A stretch of 64,000 nt of DNA from Klebsormidium nitens (Eukaryota; Plantae; Klebsormidiophyceae), in the NCBI GenBank assembly GCA_000708835.1, contig DF237317.1, forward strand, positions 1 to 64,000. Direction: 5' to 3'. The notes beneath the pieces are model-generated. The model saw only the letters and a program-made list of their open reading frames with translations, ran no database searches and had not been told where the DNA came from. Below are positions 13,002 through 26,800 of the stretch, in pieces. A program made the position numbers and the translations under genes. Positions within the stretch are counted from its first letter, which is position 1, and the number at the start of each line of letters is the position of its first letter.

Positions 13002-13014
13002 TAGCATATCATTG

Positions 13015-15980
13015 ATGCAATGCTGGCGATGCTGGGCGAGCAAGGGGATGGGAAGCAGACTGGAGGCGATTGCGAGGGGCGCCTGCAGGCAGCAAGCCTC
13101 AAGATTTGCGCTTAGCTTTGCGACGGAAGATCAGATTGCGTTCTTAGGTAGTGGTACAAGCACTTCGTTTTTTTGTGGGAGGCAGCCTTGCAAAGGTGTC
13201 AGCCTTGGCTCACTGGTTGATCCACCACCTTTCTCGGCAAGCAAGCGTCCAAAACCTTTTCATAATCATCCCACATCCGTGCACCACCTCTTCCATCAGA
13301 AAAGCAGCATTGGACACACCATGACGTTCCACACAGCAGCCCTTCCAGCAGCAACCCTCTCGGGGCAGGGCACTCGGTTAGATGTACAGCCTGATCTAGT
13401 TGCAGCAGAAGGTTTTCCAGAGGCAGCCGCATCAGATATCGGCGAAGCGGAGGTTGACATGCATGGTGTGAAGACCAGAGGGGAGGGATCAGAAGGCGCG
13501 TCAACATCCAGGGGTTTTGGGGACAAGGGGGGCAAGTCGAATCCTGGTGCCCTGCGTTTCCGGGAGCGGATCATGATTGATCGGGTCTTTGAAGAGCTGG
13601 GCCTGGACAAGCTTTCCGCACAGGTGAATACACTCTCAGCCTCACAGACAAGAGGTTTCTCGAGTATGAAAGACTAAAGTTGGTCTTGGCAATGGGCGCT
13701 TTCACGGTTGCCGAAATGCTGTGGCCATATGGAACTTCAAGTAAGAGTACTTTGGTTCTTATTAGTACTGGTGGTGTGCACCGCAGGTGGGTGGCATCGG
13801 GAAGAAGGTGCGCCATCATGTGAACCCCCTGCGGGCGGAGTTCCAGGTGAGACACTTCGTCGAAGCAGTTGACACTAAGCTATCTTTGCCTGAATGCTGC
13901 TGGAAGCGGAGACGGTTTGTAAGTTAAGGTCGGCGAAGTGATCTATATTATAATCTGGTGAACCCAAATCTTTTTGTTGAGCATGAAGTCCAACCAACTT
14001 TCTGTTGTGGTCAAGTGGGTCCCGAACATTACAGAGGGCACTGTGGGATTGCGTTTTCTGGATCTGACGGCTTCTCTTGCATAGCGTAGGTGAAGACCCC
14101 GCCGCCAGTATGGGCTGACGTCTTTGCGGACCCGTCGCTGCCGTTGCATGTGGACATTGGGTGTGCGCAGGGGCGCTTCGTGCTGACGCTGGCCAAGAGG
14201 AGCGAGGGGGCAACCAATTTCCTGGGGCTTGAGATCCGCTCGCAGGTAGAGCCCCTCATTCATCGCATACTCCTTAAGTTCAAAGTAGCTACTAATGGCT
14301 TGGAAACGGAGTATGTCCAAAAGATTCATGTCGCTGGGACTGCCTTTTTTCATGGCTTTGTTCTTATTGACCTGCAAATATCCAAGTAAGTTGTCAGCTT
14401 CAGAAGTTTCGTTCTTAGATTGTGCTAGTCCTGATAACCCTCTGCCACTGTGCTGTTACTAAAGATGCTGGCGGCAGCGACATAAAGGTGTTCACGATTC
14501 TCTCACTCGTTACACTGTGCTCCATCTCCAAATCTCTTGCTGTTTATTTGTGCAGCTGGTGGAGCGGGCAAATAGGTGGAGTGCCGGGTTGGAACTGCGG
14601 AATGCGTAAGTGCCCTGTCTCCTGTGAGACTTAAAGAGTTTCTCTCGTTTTTCCCCAAGTTCAAAGGGTCAATTCAGCACTGTGACCCATGGGAAGTATC
14701 ATTGCGAGTTGAGAATAGCAGCTTGGCACGACCTTCTCTGTTTGCTGTCGCTATCTTTGGAGATCGGCTTGCACTCGGGGCTCGTTTCCTACGTGCTTTG
14801 ATCACACAGGTTTTGAGAGACAAGCCCCTTAGGTCAGCAACCACTTTCACCACCTTGGTCCTTCTAGCGAAGTGAAAGGGGCTCTCGCAGAAGACTGTGT
14901 ACATGATAATGTCTGGAGTCCTGTTCAGTTGGCTCGACTGGTCATGCCGATCTCGTGCACAGTTGTTTTTGGGTATCTTCTCACCGTCTGCTGACCCCCA
15001 TTTCCTCCACTTGGGGTGCAGCCACTTTCTGGTGGCCAACGCGACCATCTCCTTGGACTCCATCCTGGCCACGTACCCGGGTCCGCTCACCTATGTCACC
15101 ATTCTGGTAAGGGCCACCTACATTCCCTCCCCCTCATGAGTTGTCCGTCTGAGGTTTCGGTTTTGTGCCGTCGCTTCTCTTCTTCCTCCTTTGCCGTCTC
15201 CTCCTATCTCTGTCTTGCACAACTTGATCTCCTCGAGGATTGTTTTGTACTTTACGTGTGCTTTGCTCTGGCCGCTGCGTCTGCTCGCGGCTTAACGTGC
15301 CCAACACTTACGCTTCCTGCCCCGTATTGCAGTGTCCGGACCCTCACTTCAAGAACCGCGTTAAGAACCGGCGGGTCGTGCAGCCGTCGCTGGTGGAGGC
15401 CATCTGCCAGAAGCTCGTGCCGGGTGGAAAGGTGAGGGGAAGCAAGCCCATATCCCGGATATCGTTGTTGTCGACTGTAAGAAGGAATTGCTCCAGTGGT
15501 TCCACCCGTGGGAGCAAAGGACACATGCATGCACAGAGGCAGATGCTAGGGTATAGATTCCGGAGTTCCCGATGGTGCTTCTGATAAGGTACTTGTATGG
15601 AAACAACGGCGCCTGCACGTGCGCGTTTCCTCTTCAACCTGCTACAGCACAGCTGGCGCTCAGTGGGATTCGGCGTCCGTGGTTCGCAGGTGTTCGTGCA
15701 GTCGGACGTCCTGGAGGTGGCCGACGATATGAAGTATCAGATCCAGGCAGCGGGGGGCACGTGGCTTAGCTTAGCGGGCGAGCACGCACGCACCGACCAG
15801 TGCACGCCACAGGGGTGGCTCCTCGAGAGCCCGCTCGGAGTGCCCACGGAGCGGGAGACGTTCGCGGTGGCTAATGGGGAGTCGATCTACAGGGCGCTTT
15901 TTGTTCGTAACGAAAGGGAGTTCCGATGCATAGGGGATCTCGAAAAAGATGCGGAGGGTCAGAAGTCACAGGTGGTGTAA
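13015..15980 (+). CDS. trmB: tRNA (guanine-N7)-methyltransferase, bacterial-type TrmB, organelle-targeted, 7 exons, ~449 aa
   Basis: Exons 13015-13623, 13787-13846, 14090-14245, 14556-14605, 15022-15106, 15333-15431, 15690-15980. Motifs VRHHVNPL, HVDIGCAQGRF, NFLGLEIR, CPDPHFK, FVQSDVLEVA, NP-like SPLGVPTERE. The start could be a later in-frame ATG (13048 or 13321). Confidence 0.92.
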
Positions 15981-17283
15981 TGCATAATACAAGCGGGCGT
16001 TCTGCCAAGGTGCTATGCGAATCAGTCGTCTTACCCAGTATGGAGTGCAGGCCCGATGGCCTCAACCCTGAAAGGTGACGACTGTCTGATCAGGTGGGCA
16101 AATACGTCAAGTGTCAGGGGGGTCTAACAGCTTATATCTGCGGAATTAGCTTTATCACAGCACAAAGACTTGATTGGTGGTCGTTCCGCAGGAACTAAGC
16201 AGTTTAGCGCGCACATTATGCGTATGTTAACCACCGTAAGCTGGATTGTACCAAGCTTGGTCACATGCATGACCTGCATCTGGCATAGGACCCAGTAGTT
16301 CGATATTCAACAAGTATAGTCAGTGTTTATGCGCCTAGTGCGGTGAACAATGGTGCAGTGAACAAGACATGTGATCTGAAATGCATTGTGAGAGTAATAA
16401 CATGCGAATGTTGCATGGTTACCATGAAACGCATGTCTAAAAGTATAGTGTCAAGCATGGATGTCCTCAAGCTTGCCGTGCACACATCCATTTAGCCACA
16501 CAATTCAAACGTGCATGTATGTCGACTTTTAGAATCACACTGAGAAACAACGATGCATCCTAATTCCAGCATGCAGGTGTCGTCGAGAATGATATTTGAC
16601 GTGCTGAGATACTACGTTCTCGCATGTCAGGAAAGCTATCTTGCTTGAAAACATATAGTGAGGGTGTCTGTTTGTCCCCCCGTCACTAGCCGTTGGCCTT
16701 ATAGGCTTCTGATGGTAACATGTGAACGTTGATCTTTTGTCAGTGTGAAACGTCAAGAAGGTTATATGCGCAATCAAATTGTCCTGCCTAAGTTTCCCCG
16801 TGTATTGCCAGTACACGCGATTTGGCGTTATGCACGGATGTATGTAAGTTCACAGTTGAATGAATGAAAGAATGCTTTCGACTTTTCCCTCATTCGATTA
16901 AATTAAGAGAATCGATGATTTCAAAACAGGTCAATTGCTAACCTCGGATAAGGCAAGCGCGCCCAATCACGCTGGCCAATCTTCGCTACACAATTGTCCA
17001 AGTTTCACTGACAACCCCGTATGTTTATTGCTAATGCTAAACTTGCTAACGCGTGTCCATCACAATAGCACCTTTTCCCCCTCGACAAAAGTAGTCAGCA
17101 GACAAGAAACTCACTATGGCATTAGGACCTCTGCAATAACAGCTCCAAAATGCAAGATTTGAACCTGGAAAAAAACCACGTCTTCTTCCGCTTTCGACCC
17201 TTGCTTTCCTATCATTCCTGCGCGCAGACTAATAACCGAGTCCGTCCAGAAAAACTCATTTTACTGTACACAGTAGCAAGTGG

Positions 17284-17321
17284 TATCGCGTGCTCAAATC
17301 TATCGCGTGCTCAAACCTATC
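17284..17321. repeat. Short tandem duplication (17-nt unit x2) downstream of the SRPBCC gene
   Basis: TATCGCGTGCTCAAATC TATCGCGTGCTCAAACC TATC. Confidence 0.8.
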
Positions 17322-17422
17322 CGATTCTGTACATCTTGTGCGGCACCCGGCCAAAATTCGCGTGCGAGCCTAGACTTACAACTATACGAACGCCCTAAGC
17401 TGGGCTCCTGGCCGGCAACTTG

Positions 17423-19635
17423 TCAGCAGACTTTATGCCCAGCTTCCCGTGTTCGGGCTGCTTCCGCGCGCAGATCTGATACCATGTCCTCCGTCACCTG
17501 CGCAACAAAAGGCAAATGCTGAGCATCTTCGCACAAAACCGCTCGATCGGGCTGCGCGAAGGACGCCCAACAACAGGTAGTCCACGGAGGAGGGCAAAAT
17601 GATTTATAACACATCTCCCAATAACAAAACTGGCCATCAGACAGGGGCAATTGTCTTCTACAGGGTGAGAGCATGTGTGGACACTGCTAGGATGGCTATA
17701 TCGTCCGCTCAGATTCAATGAACCACTCCAAGTTGAGGCGGAACAAGTGAGGCGTCTGATTAGTCCGCATCAAGGAACAAGGGCGGCCGCTGACCTTCTT
17801 AGTGAATTGCCGGATGAAGAAGGCCTTGTTAGGCACGATGCCGGGGATGCTCGGCTTGAGTGTCTGGTAAAGAGCCACCTGCACAGAGCACCAGTCAATC
17901 AAAAAGGGCCCTCGAGATAGTGCTTTATCTTTCGCCTCGGTCCCCTTGAGACAGTGGCTTCTGACTCGATACATGAGCACAGCCGCAATCAGGAAGACGA
18001 GCTCCGAGCTTACTGACGGCTTTCTCAGTTCGGCCACTCAAGATCGCGGCTAGGAGCGGCTGGAAAACTGTCTGCGGCTCCGTATCGTGCTTAAGCCGCT
18101 GGGAAAATTCATGCCAACGGATTCAGTCAAGGATATTCAAGTAACGAAGATCAAAAATGTCGCTCTCAATGTCAAGCGGACCGGAAACGGCTGATTAAAC
18201 AGCGTGGTGAATTCAAGCAGACCGATTCGATCCTACGAAAGGAGCCGCTGGCCAACAAACGTGCACCTCGTACAATTTCCAGTGGTGACACGGCTGCCCC
18301 ACCTGCGATAGCGGTACACCAGTGGGCGTCTCTACTTGGTGGATCTGCCAGGAGCCCTCGAAAACCTTCATGAAGCCAGGCCGGCCCATCCGAAAGTCGA
18401 TGAGGCCCTCCGAGCGATCCTCTTCGAGGTACAGGTGCGTGGACACCGACCCACGCCATACCTTCATGTCAAACCACTGCTCGCGCACCATCTCCAGACT
18501 GCGCCGACCTGCACGCAAGGTTTCAATGTCACGATCCCTTCTCCTTCCAAGATGCTTTGTGCTGACCGTGATTCAATTGGCCGGGAGCTTGCAGAAGAAG
18601 AGGATCTAGCAGCATGGTAAACCTTACTTATTTGATCAAAGATCGTTTCCTTGAAGTAGAGTATCTTCAAACATCAGCCCATATAAAGCTCCTCTCCAGA
18701 TGTCCTTTGAGACAACCTCCTCACCTTGAACTACAAGCACATTCAAGGTAGAGAGGGAAGATTCGTTGTAGTGTAGGACTGTTTGTATCCGTAATGGTTT
18801 TGAAGGCTTTCAAAATATCATCAGCTGCAGGCTTTAGGTTTCGTTACACGTCTATTTGCCAAAAAACAGGACCCAGCTGACAGAATGCGCGCCCGAAATT
18901 GAGCACATACACAATGCAATGGCTCTCTGGAGCTCAACGCTTAAAGCGCCACACAAATACCCAGACATTCTTCCATATTGACCGGCTACAATCAGAAAGG
19001 GCATCTAGGACATGAGGCAGCAAGGAGACGCCTGCTTTCCTTAGCGCTTTGAAAATGTGCCAATTCTAATGCACAGCCCTCGCTTCTTTCAGCAGTACAG
19101 CTCACTAGGCTGGAGCAGCTTCAAATGTTTACACTCTGCCGCATGCTTTCCGCTGCTTTAACGTCCTCTCTTCCAACTCAAGTGCCCTTCCGCACATGCA
19201 TTTGGGTGGAGCGCCTCCTGCATTGGACATAAATATCAGGAGCAAGGCGCCCCTGATTTTAGAGGCACCCAACAAGAACTTGGGGCTTGGACGGTACTTG
19301 AAATAAGACCTTGACCACTCTAGAAAGGAAAGAGTTGGAAAGCAAACATGGTCAGATTCTCGGGGCTGACCTGCGCCGTCGTCCTCATGCACTTCGAGGT
19401 CGTCGTACCCTTTGAACGTCCGGCTGAACACGCGCGTAAACTCGTCAGGGTCGGTCACCACAGTCCACAAGTGGTCAAAGTCCATGGGCACCTCAAACCT
19501 CGCGCGCATGTTTACAGCGCCACGTGGGTCATCGCTAAAATCGATCTGAGGGGCGGGCAGCTCGTCTACTAGCTCTGAATCAACAATCTCAAACTGCTCC
19601 GTGGCCATATGGGGGGCGTCAGCGTACTCCTCCAT
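17423..19635 (-). CDS. SRPBCC/START-like polyketide cyclase-dehydrase family protein, 4 exons, ~209 aa
   Basis: Exons 19635-19371, 18508-18303, 17878-17795, 17497-17423 are phase-consistent. LWTVVTDPDEFTRVF, IDFRMGRPGFMKVFEGSWQI, VALYQTLKP and C-terminal helix VTEDMVSDLRAEA fit the cyclase/START fold. Confidence 0.82.
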
Positions 19636-20888
19636 TGGTGGGCTTCTCCGGCTTAGTAAGGACTGTCTAATCCTGTCTGAGCTAGTAATGTCCCAGTAGC
19701 TGGGAACAAGAGCTGACACACGCTGGTTTATGCTGCTTGCCTAATCTGGTTGGGGTCCACGAGAAGCAGAAGCCTATCAGTGCTAGCCCAGCTCAATTTT
19801 GCAAAAACAGATGACTTTGCAAGAAGCACTTCAATCGAGAACCTTTCTCCCAAAAGGGCACTGCCAGCAACAATACCAACTTCCAGATCAACCACTCCTT
19901 CAAGTGCCCTTCTTCGAACGTGCTTGCGGGGGCCAGTAGGGCGCCACTAGTAATCACAAGCAGCTGCCACACACTCTATTCTTTGTACAACCAAATGCTA
20001 AAACGCTTGAAAATGTTTCAGTGAACTGGTTTTGCAGACAGCTGGTGACAGTGATGTGCTGAGATGGGCGCGATGCTGAAATGAGCGGCAGCCTAAGCGG
20101 AAGCTTGAGTCTCAGCTTCTCCAGTATTGGTTTGGACCCCTTCCTTCGTCTTCTCCAGCAGGCGGGCACCTTCCGCGTTGCCTGGGCTGACGAAGGCGGA
20201 GCACAGCCACACTGAAAAGTAGGAGTGGAGCCACTGCTGCGCAGAAGCGCACTGGACAGGTGTCAGGCTTGCATCACGAAAGCGTCGGCACACGGTCTGT
20301 CCAGGTGGCAACATTATGCATGCGCAGGCGGGCCACTTCGACTTCGAAGACCTGCACATATATTGTCGAACTAATTAACCGCAATGCATTCGATGCGGAA
20401 TTCGATGTAATGGTTGTTGATTTCGAACTCCGACAGGGGCCGCGGCTGGCCACGCCGCCGTCATCTGCATCATGCATGCAAGCGGAACAGCTCATGGGGG
20501 ACTCGGGATCCGAATTGGGGACACAGAATTCGATCATAGGGTATGCGTATACCTATGCTTCTGTGGCGGCACTGCGCACCGTGGCAGACCTTCGTTGTTG
20601 ACGTGCCGGTGGCAAGCTGCTTATAGGAGCATCTGGTTCTTTGAGATCCTGTATGGAGACATTATGTTTAGTGGAGGAGACTGCCGCTTCATGACCATGG
20701 ACCCAAGAAACAGGCTGAGTTGTGCTTCCGAGAAGCAGCATTGCTCCTCTCTGGCGTGCAGCCAGCTTGTGATGTGTATCAAATCTGGGTGCAAGGCGGT
20801 CTGCTGCCACTGCCGCTATTTGCTGTTTCAACCATGGGCGCAGCTTGCCTTGCAGTGACTGGGTGGTGGATCATGCTCGGTGCGTGAC

Positions 20889-23800
20889 ATGAGCTGGCAG
20901 CGCCTTGCTTTTCGTTCTTCCGCCGCACTGCTGGTGACGCCCTCGGCACTCCTCGCCAGCTGCTACCTGCCAATGGGCACCTTCGACTCAGATTGTATCC
21001 AAGTTCCCGTTGAACCATCAGCTCCAATTGGCCAAGAAGTAGCAAGCTCTGACAGCCCCGTCTCCAAAGAAGTACACACAGGGCCCCACCACTTGACACC
21101 CGTTGAGTGGAGGGGCGTGCCTAAATATTTGACGCATAAAGGTTCTGACGCAAACCGAGGTCCCTCCAGTACTTCAGCTGGGCCAGCTGTGCACAACAGT
21201 GGTGCGAGGAGTTGGCCCGCAGAGCATCATTCCAGTGGCGACGAGTCCTCAAGCTCTGCGATTGGGTGGCTGAAAAAGTGGCTAGGAGCAGCAAAGGAGG
21301 AGGGGCATCTAACAGCGCCTCTGCTGAACTCAGAGGAAGAACGCCCCGCCTCTGACCGTGGCAGACTGCAGAACGGTCCGTCTCTGATGACCGCTTCTCA
21401 GAGAAAAGCTGACAATTGTAGGAATGTAGCTGGGGAGGAAAACGGAGGAATAGTTGGGGATCCTGATGCAAAGTTGCGAGGCCTGCAAGCGCAGGCAACC
21501 AGCGATGTGGGCACCGGAAAGAGCAGCGATCTTGCTGGGTTTGAAGAGTCTGCGTTGGCGTCCGGCTTGAAGTTGAACATTTTGCTGTTGGTGATTGGCA
21601 CACGCGGCGACGTGCAGCCAATGGCGGCCCTGGGGCGCGTGCTCCAGGAGAAGTATGGGCACCGCGTGCGAGTGGCCACGCACGCTCCGTTCAAAGACGC
21701 TGTGGAGGCGCAGGGATTGGAGTTCTTCCCCATGCCTGGCAATCCCAACTTTCTCATTGACAGTGAGTGGCCGGCATGGTTCAACAACCATTCTTGTGAT
21801 GCGCAAAATTAAGTTCGTTAGGTTGTGAGTCACTAGGCAGCGTCTCATGTTTCAATGCAATCCTTCTGGTTGCAGCAGTAGTGAATTGGGGGCGATGGGC
21901 TGCCTAACGGGGTGAAGGTGACCTTTCGCAGCTAGCTTTGTTATAATTAAGCACATTCAAATCTTCGCTCCTTGTTGAACTCTTGTGGCCCATTTGGGCA
22001 CATCAGTGGACCGAATGATTGCATCCCCGTCCTTCAAGCCAACTTGTAGTTCAAAGTCGGATCTTCATTTCCACTTTGACGGTGACACCAAAGTCGCATT
22101 TCGTCCTTCTTTTGGAAGTTGGGTACTAATCTTTGCGGTGTTCATTCATTGCAGAGATGGTCAGCAGCAGCACGTCTGCGCAGTGGTCCCTGCCCTCGTC
22201 CCCCTCCGCCATTCTAGCCGTGCGCCGCTGGTTCAAGGGGATCATCTTCTCGCACTGGCCCGCGTGCACCGCGCCCGTTCCTTCCCCCGGCCACCAGCCC
22301 ATATCCGTCCAACCCGCACGGCAATCGGAGGCGCCTCACTGGTCGCTCAATGTGGCCGCCAATGACGCTTCCACGGGCTCTGAGTCGGGGGCCTCGTTGC
22401 CGTCAAGCTTTCGCAAAGTTGAAGCTGAGGGGCGTCCCAGCGATGCTGACGGAACCCCTTCTGAATTGGAAAGCCGAATGACGAGCGGTCAGTCGGCGGT
22501 GCCGCCACAACCGGCGTCTTCGGCAACCCTGCAGCCAGCCGGGTCATTTTCAGACCTGCGTGTTGCAGCCTTGAACGGGGGCAGTGAAGCGGAATCGCTT
22601 CCAGCCAGCTCGCGAGCGGATCTGAAGCCGTCAGTATCCGCAGAGTTCACTCCAGATCTGATTGTGGCGACTCCGACTACCCAGGTGGCGCTGTCGTGCG
22701 CGCAGGCGCTAGGTGTGCCGCTGCACGTGTTCTACCTGATGCCTTACACACGCACGCGCCATTTGCCGCACCCGCTCTCGGGGGGCACCCTCCCAGGACC
22801 GAACGGCAGTAAAGCCACCAGGTGAGGGGTAGGCGTTTGCTGTGCTTGTTGAATGAGAAAGCCGAATGGCACAGTCCAACCTCTGGACTGTTTTCGGATT
22901 GAGCGGAGGGGATCTGAAACTCCCAAAAAATGGGATGGCAGGGGAGCGACCTTGTATTTGAGCCCTTGCGGGAAGGAAGGGTTGGACGAAACGCAGGAGG
23001 ATTGACGGGAGGCCGAAAACCCGTGCTAAAAGCTGTTACATTGACTTAGCTGCCCCTCTCTCTTGGAGGAGAACAACTGACGCGCCATTGTTGGGGCAGC
23101 CGTGGTTGGGCGAGTTGGTCGCTTGATCCGACATGGTGTAAAATGCTGTGCGGATTTGCTCGTGTCCAAGGACCCAACGCGGAAGGAGCTGCACTTTGTG
23201 CAGCTCAAAGCTATGCCTTTACGGGATCGATATGTCTGCCCCTCATTGCTGTCTTTCCACCGCGCTTTCCCAGGTTCTCGTGGTCGCTTATCGAGAGCGT
23301 CTCTGCCCTCGGCGTTTGGAATTACGTGAACCGCTTCCGCCGCCAGGTGCTGCGTCTGCAGCTGCTGCCGCGGGGCGCCCTCAGCGAGTTCTTCCTCCTC
23401 GAAGCCCTCGCCGTCCCCACCACTTACGCCTTCAGCCCCGACCTCGTGCCTCGCCCAAGGCAAGTGCCGTGCTGCTCGTTTTGCATCGTAGCTGTGGCAC
23501 TGCCGTGGTTTGTCTCGTGGCATCCCGGTACAGCAAGTATCATGCATCTCTCACGCTGAAAAGTACCATAACGCTGGGTCCCATTCCCTTGAGCTTTGAC
23601 GCTACTGGAATAAGCATGAAAAAAGTGAATGGAGAGAATGGTCCACACCGTGGATTTCCCAAAAGTTGCAGCTCGCGGTGGTGCTTGCACTCTGTCACGC
23701 CGACTGTGCCTGCAGCTAAGCTTGTATCTCGTCGAGCTGCTTGCGCTTTACCTACGCTCCCAGCGACTACAGAGGGGTAATTGACACTCCCAACTGTTGC

Positions 23801-26800
23801 CACACATGTGCCAACGCAATCTTCGTCTTGTTTGCAGGGATTGGGGCGACCACATCCGCGTCGTGAACTACGTGTATGACGACAGCCTGACGTCCCGCTA
23901 CCAGCCGTCCCCTCTGCTGCAGCGCTTCCTGGACGCGGGTCCGCCTCCTGTGTACATCGGCTTTGGCAGCATGAAGCTCGACCACACGGATGACGTCATG
24001 GATACTCTTATCACGGCAGTCCGCGCCGCAGGTGGGGCCCGGCGCGAGCAAGAGTCGCTCCAAAGCTTCTGAGCTTGCGTCCTCTGTTTGTCCGATCTAG
24101 TTCGGTGTGCTGCGGCCCAACTCGAGAGCGCCGCAGCACTTGCTGGAGTGTAGGGTGCGGTACAAAGTAGCATCTGCGATGTCGAAGCGGCCTTGAAAAT
24201 GCACAGTAACGGGGGTCTTGACGTTTCTCTTCACATTGAATCGACAAGAGAGACATAGTCAGAGTACACGCCACCCGCGTTATCTGCCTCGTGTGGCTCG
24301 TCCGCTGCTACGTTTGCCAGTTCGACTCAGCAGGAGCAGTCTTAACCTTTACGTGGTGTGTGTTATGTGCGGGGAATGATGAAAAGAAGTATGTCAAAAC
24401 ACCGTTACAAGGATTAGCGCAAAGACGAACCCTTTCTGGGTGCGCAGGCGTGCGCGCGGTGATTCACAAGCGCGGCTGGGCGGACGACGTGGACGCGCTG
24501 CAGAAGCGGTTGGCCGCCTTCGGGACGCACCGGCGGGGGCCGCGGAGGGGCATGGATGCGCGCAAGGACAGGTGCGCAGGACCGCTGCCGGGTCCGACTA
24601 TTCAGTTGGCTGTCTGTGTGGGAAAAGGGTGAATCAATCACAGATGGCATCGTCGGTGTGACGTAACGGCTAACATAGGTCAAAGGTCTGGGAATGTGGC
24701 GTCATTAAGTTGCTCCTCGAAATCTGCTCCTCGAAGCAATCAATCTGGTGCAAAGTCCAGTTGTCGGGGTCGCCCTTACCAGAAGGAAAGAACCCGGTAT
24801 TCAAACCGAGTTTGAAACAGTAGCTTGTTTTAGCGTCAACGCACGCTCGTCAATTTGGTCAAGGATACGAAGTTGCAAGGTTCTGAGTGTTCACAGTTCA
24901 GTGAAGACTCGTGCAATAAGTCGAGGCGGCAGCAATTGAACAAATATGGTAGGGTGTGAAATGCGAATCTTTTCCAGAGACAGCACCAACGAGCCCTGGC
25001 ACACATGAGTTGCCCGGACGAGTCCATTGCCGGGCGAGTTGACGTCTTATCTCACATGCACAGAAAGATCCTCGTCAGATCGCGAAGCTTCCGCTGCCAC
25101 CACTCTACTCACTCACTTCGCTGCATTTCAACATCTTGCTTGAAACACGCCACCCTTCCGCTTGCCTTCTTTCATTCCGGCTCTCCGCAGTGGTTTGTCC
25201 TGACCTCCGCCCGCTTATTTCAGATCCGCGTCGATGGACTCGGCCGATGGCGGCCTCCGCGGGCGGCGCGCGAGCGGTTCGTTTGTGAGCGACGACATTC
25301 TGGTGTACGAGGAGGAGGTCCCGCACGGCTGGTTGTTTCCCCGCTGCCAGGCGGTCGTCACGCACGGCGGCGCCGGCACAGTCGGGGCGGCCCTGCGCGC
25401 GGGCAAGCCCGTCATGGTCGTGCCCTTCTGGGGCGACCAGTTCCTGTGGTAAGGGCCGGGGCAGGTCGCCAGACAGATAATCCTGCCAGGCCCGAATCGT
25501 GCATCTAGATCGAGCGGTTTTCCTTGTTTATTGCTAGTTCAGTCGTCAAGTTGCTGCTTCAAGAAGAGCGATCTGGACGTCGAGCCAGACTTCCTCTAAT
25601 GCTGGATACGACGTTATCATCTGACAAAAGTATTTCGGCGCCTCTTCGTGTTACGCATCAGCACTTTCTCTGCCGTCTGTCCAGTCGCTTAGCCGCTTGT
25701 TTCTCGGTCACGCGAAGCGGGCGTTGCCTTCTTGCCTTGATCTTTTGTCATTTTTGTCCAACCCTTCATCTCGATTCGCTGCTTGGAGCTTTCTGACCGT
25801 TCATCTTCGATCTTTCAGGGGCCAGCTCGTGGCGGCTGCGGGCGTGGGGCCTTCTGCGGTCCCTGTGAGCAAATTGACGGAAGGTAAGCATGCCACTCGC
25901 TTGCCAGTACAGCCCCTGTTTCTGCTGGTGGCGCGAGGTGCAGCGGACCATTTTGAGCACAAGACTTCCTCACGCAGACTGCGACAGCATAGAAGAATTT
26001 GTTCAAGCAGTATTCTGCAGGGAGCATGCTTATTACTTTCTGGTCCTCCATTTTGCGTCTTTTGGGTCGACCTGTCGTCCGGTCGCTACTTTTAGTCTCT
26101 CAACCGGGACACTTGATGCGGAGCAATTGACACGTTATCCTTCTCGAGTGTCTCCAGATGCGCTTGCGAACGGTCTCGAGGCGATGTCCCGCGACGACGT
26201 GGTGCGGGCCGCAGCGCGGTTGGGGGAGCGGATCAATAGGTGGGTCGACTTTGGAGCGCTGCGTTTTAGGCAGAGAATATCTTGCTGGCGGATGAAGCGG
26301 CGCAAGCATCAGCCTTGCTTGTCGCAGCCAGAAAGTTTACTGCGAAGTTCTGTCCATTATTCCGCAACTGTGTCGATGCGTACCCTCTGCCAAATGCCTT
26401 CTCCCGTGTGAATGTAACTCCCTCCGTTCGCAAATGATGGGGCCATCGGAAAGCCTCGCTTACTCATTTTGATTCCCTGGGTTCTGTCAGCCCTTCAAAG
26501 GTCTTCTTATCGACTGTCCGCACAAGCGATAATGCGGGTCAGTTCTTGCATATGTCACATCATCAGTTTAATGACGGCGCTTCTCCTTCAATGTCATCGC
26601 AAGCGCCATACCAAGATGGTCCCGGCCTGCTCGCATCCCACGTCAGCTAACAGAGCCCGCTCTCCGCATACAGTCGCGAGAACGGGGTGCTGGCGGCCGC
26701 GGAGCACATCCAGTCGTCGCTGCCCCTGGAGGCGCTGCGCTGCGACGCATGCGGGGAGCGCTCCGCGCGCGCGTGGGCCTGCCACAAGCTGCAGAAACTG

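Noticed and set aside
20437-20893. Spliced uORF upstream of UGT80 ending in an ATGA overlap with the main start
   Set aside because: Requires an unsupported non-consensus donor near 20716.
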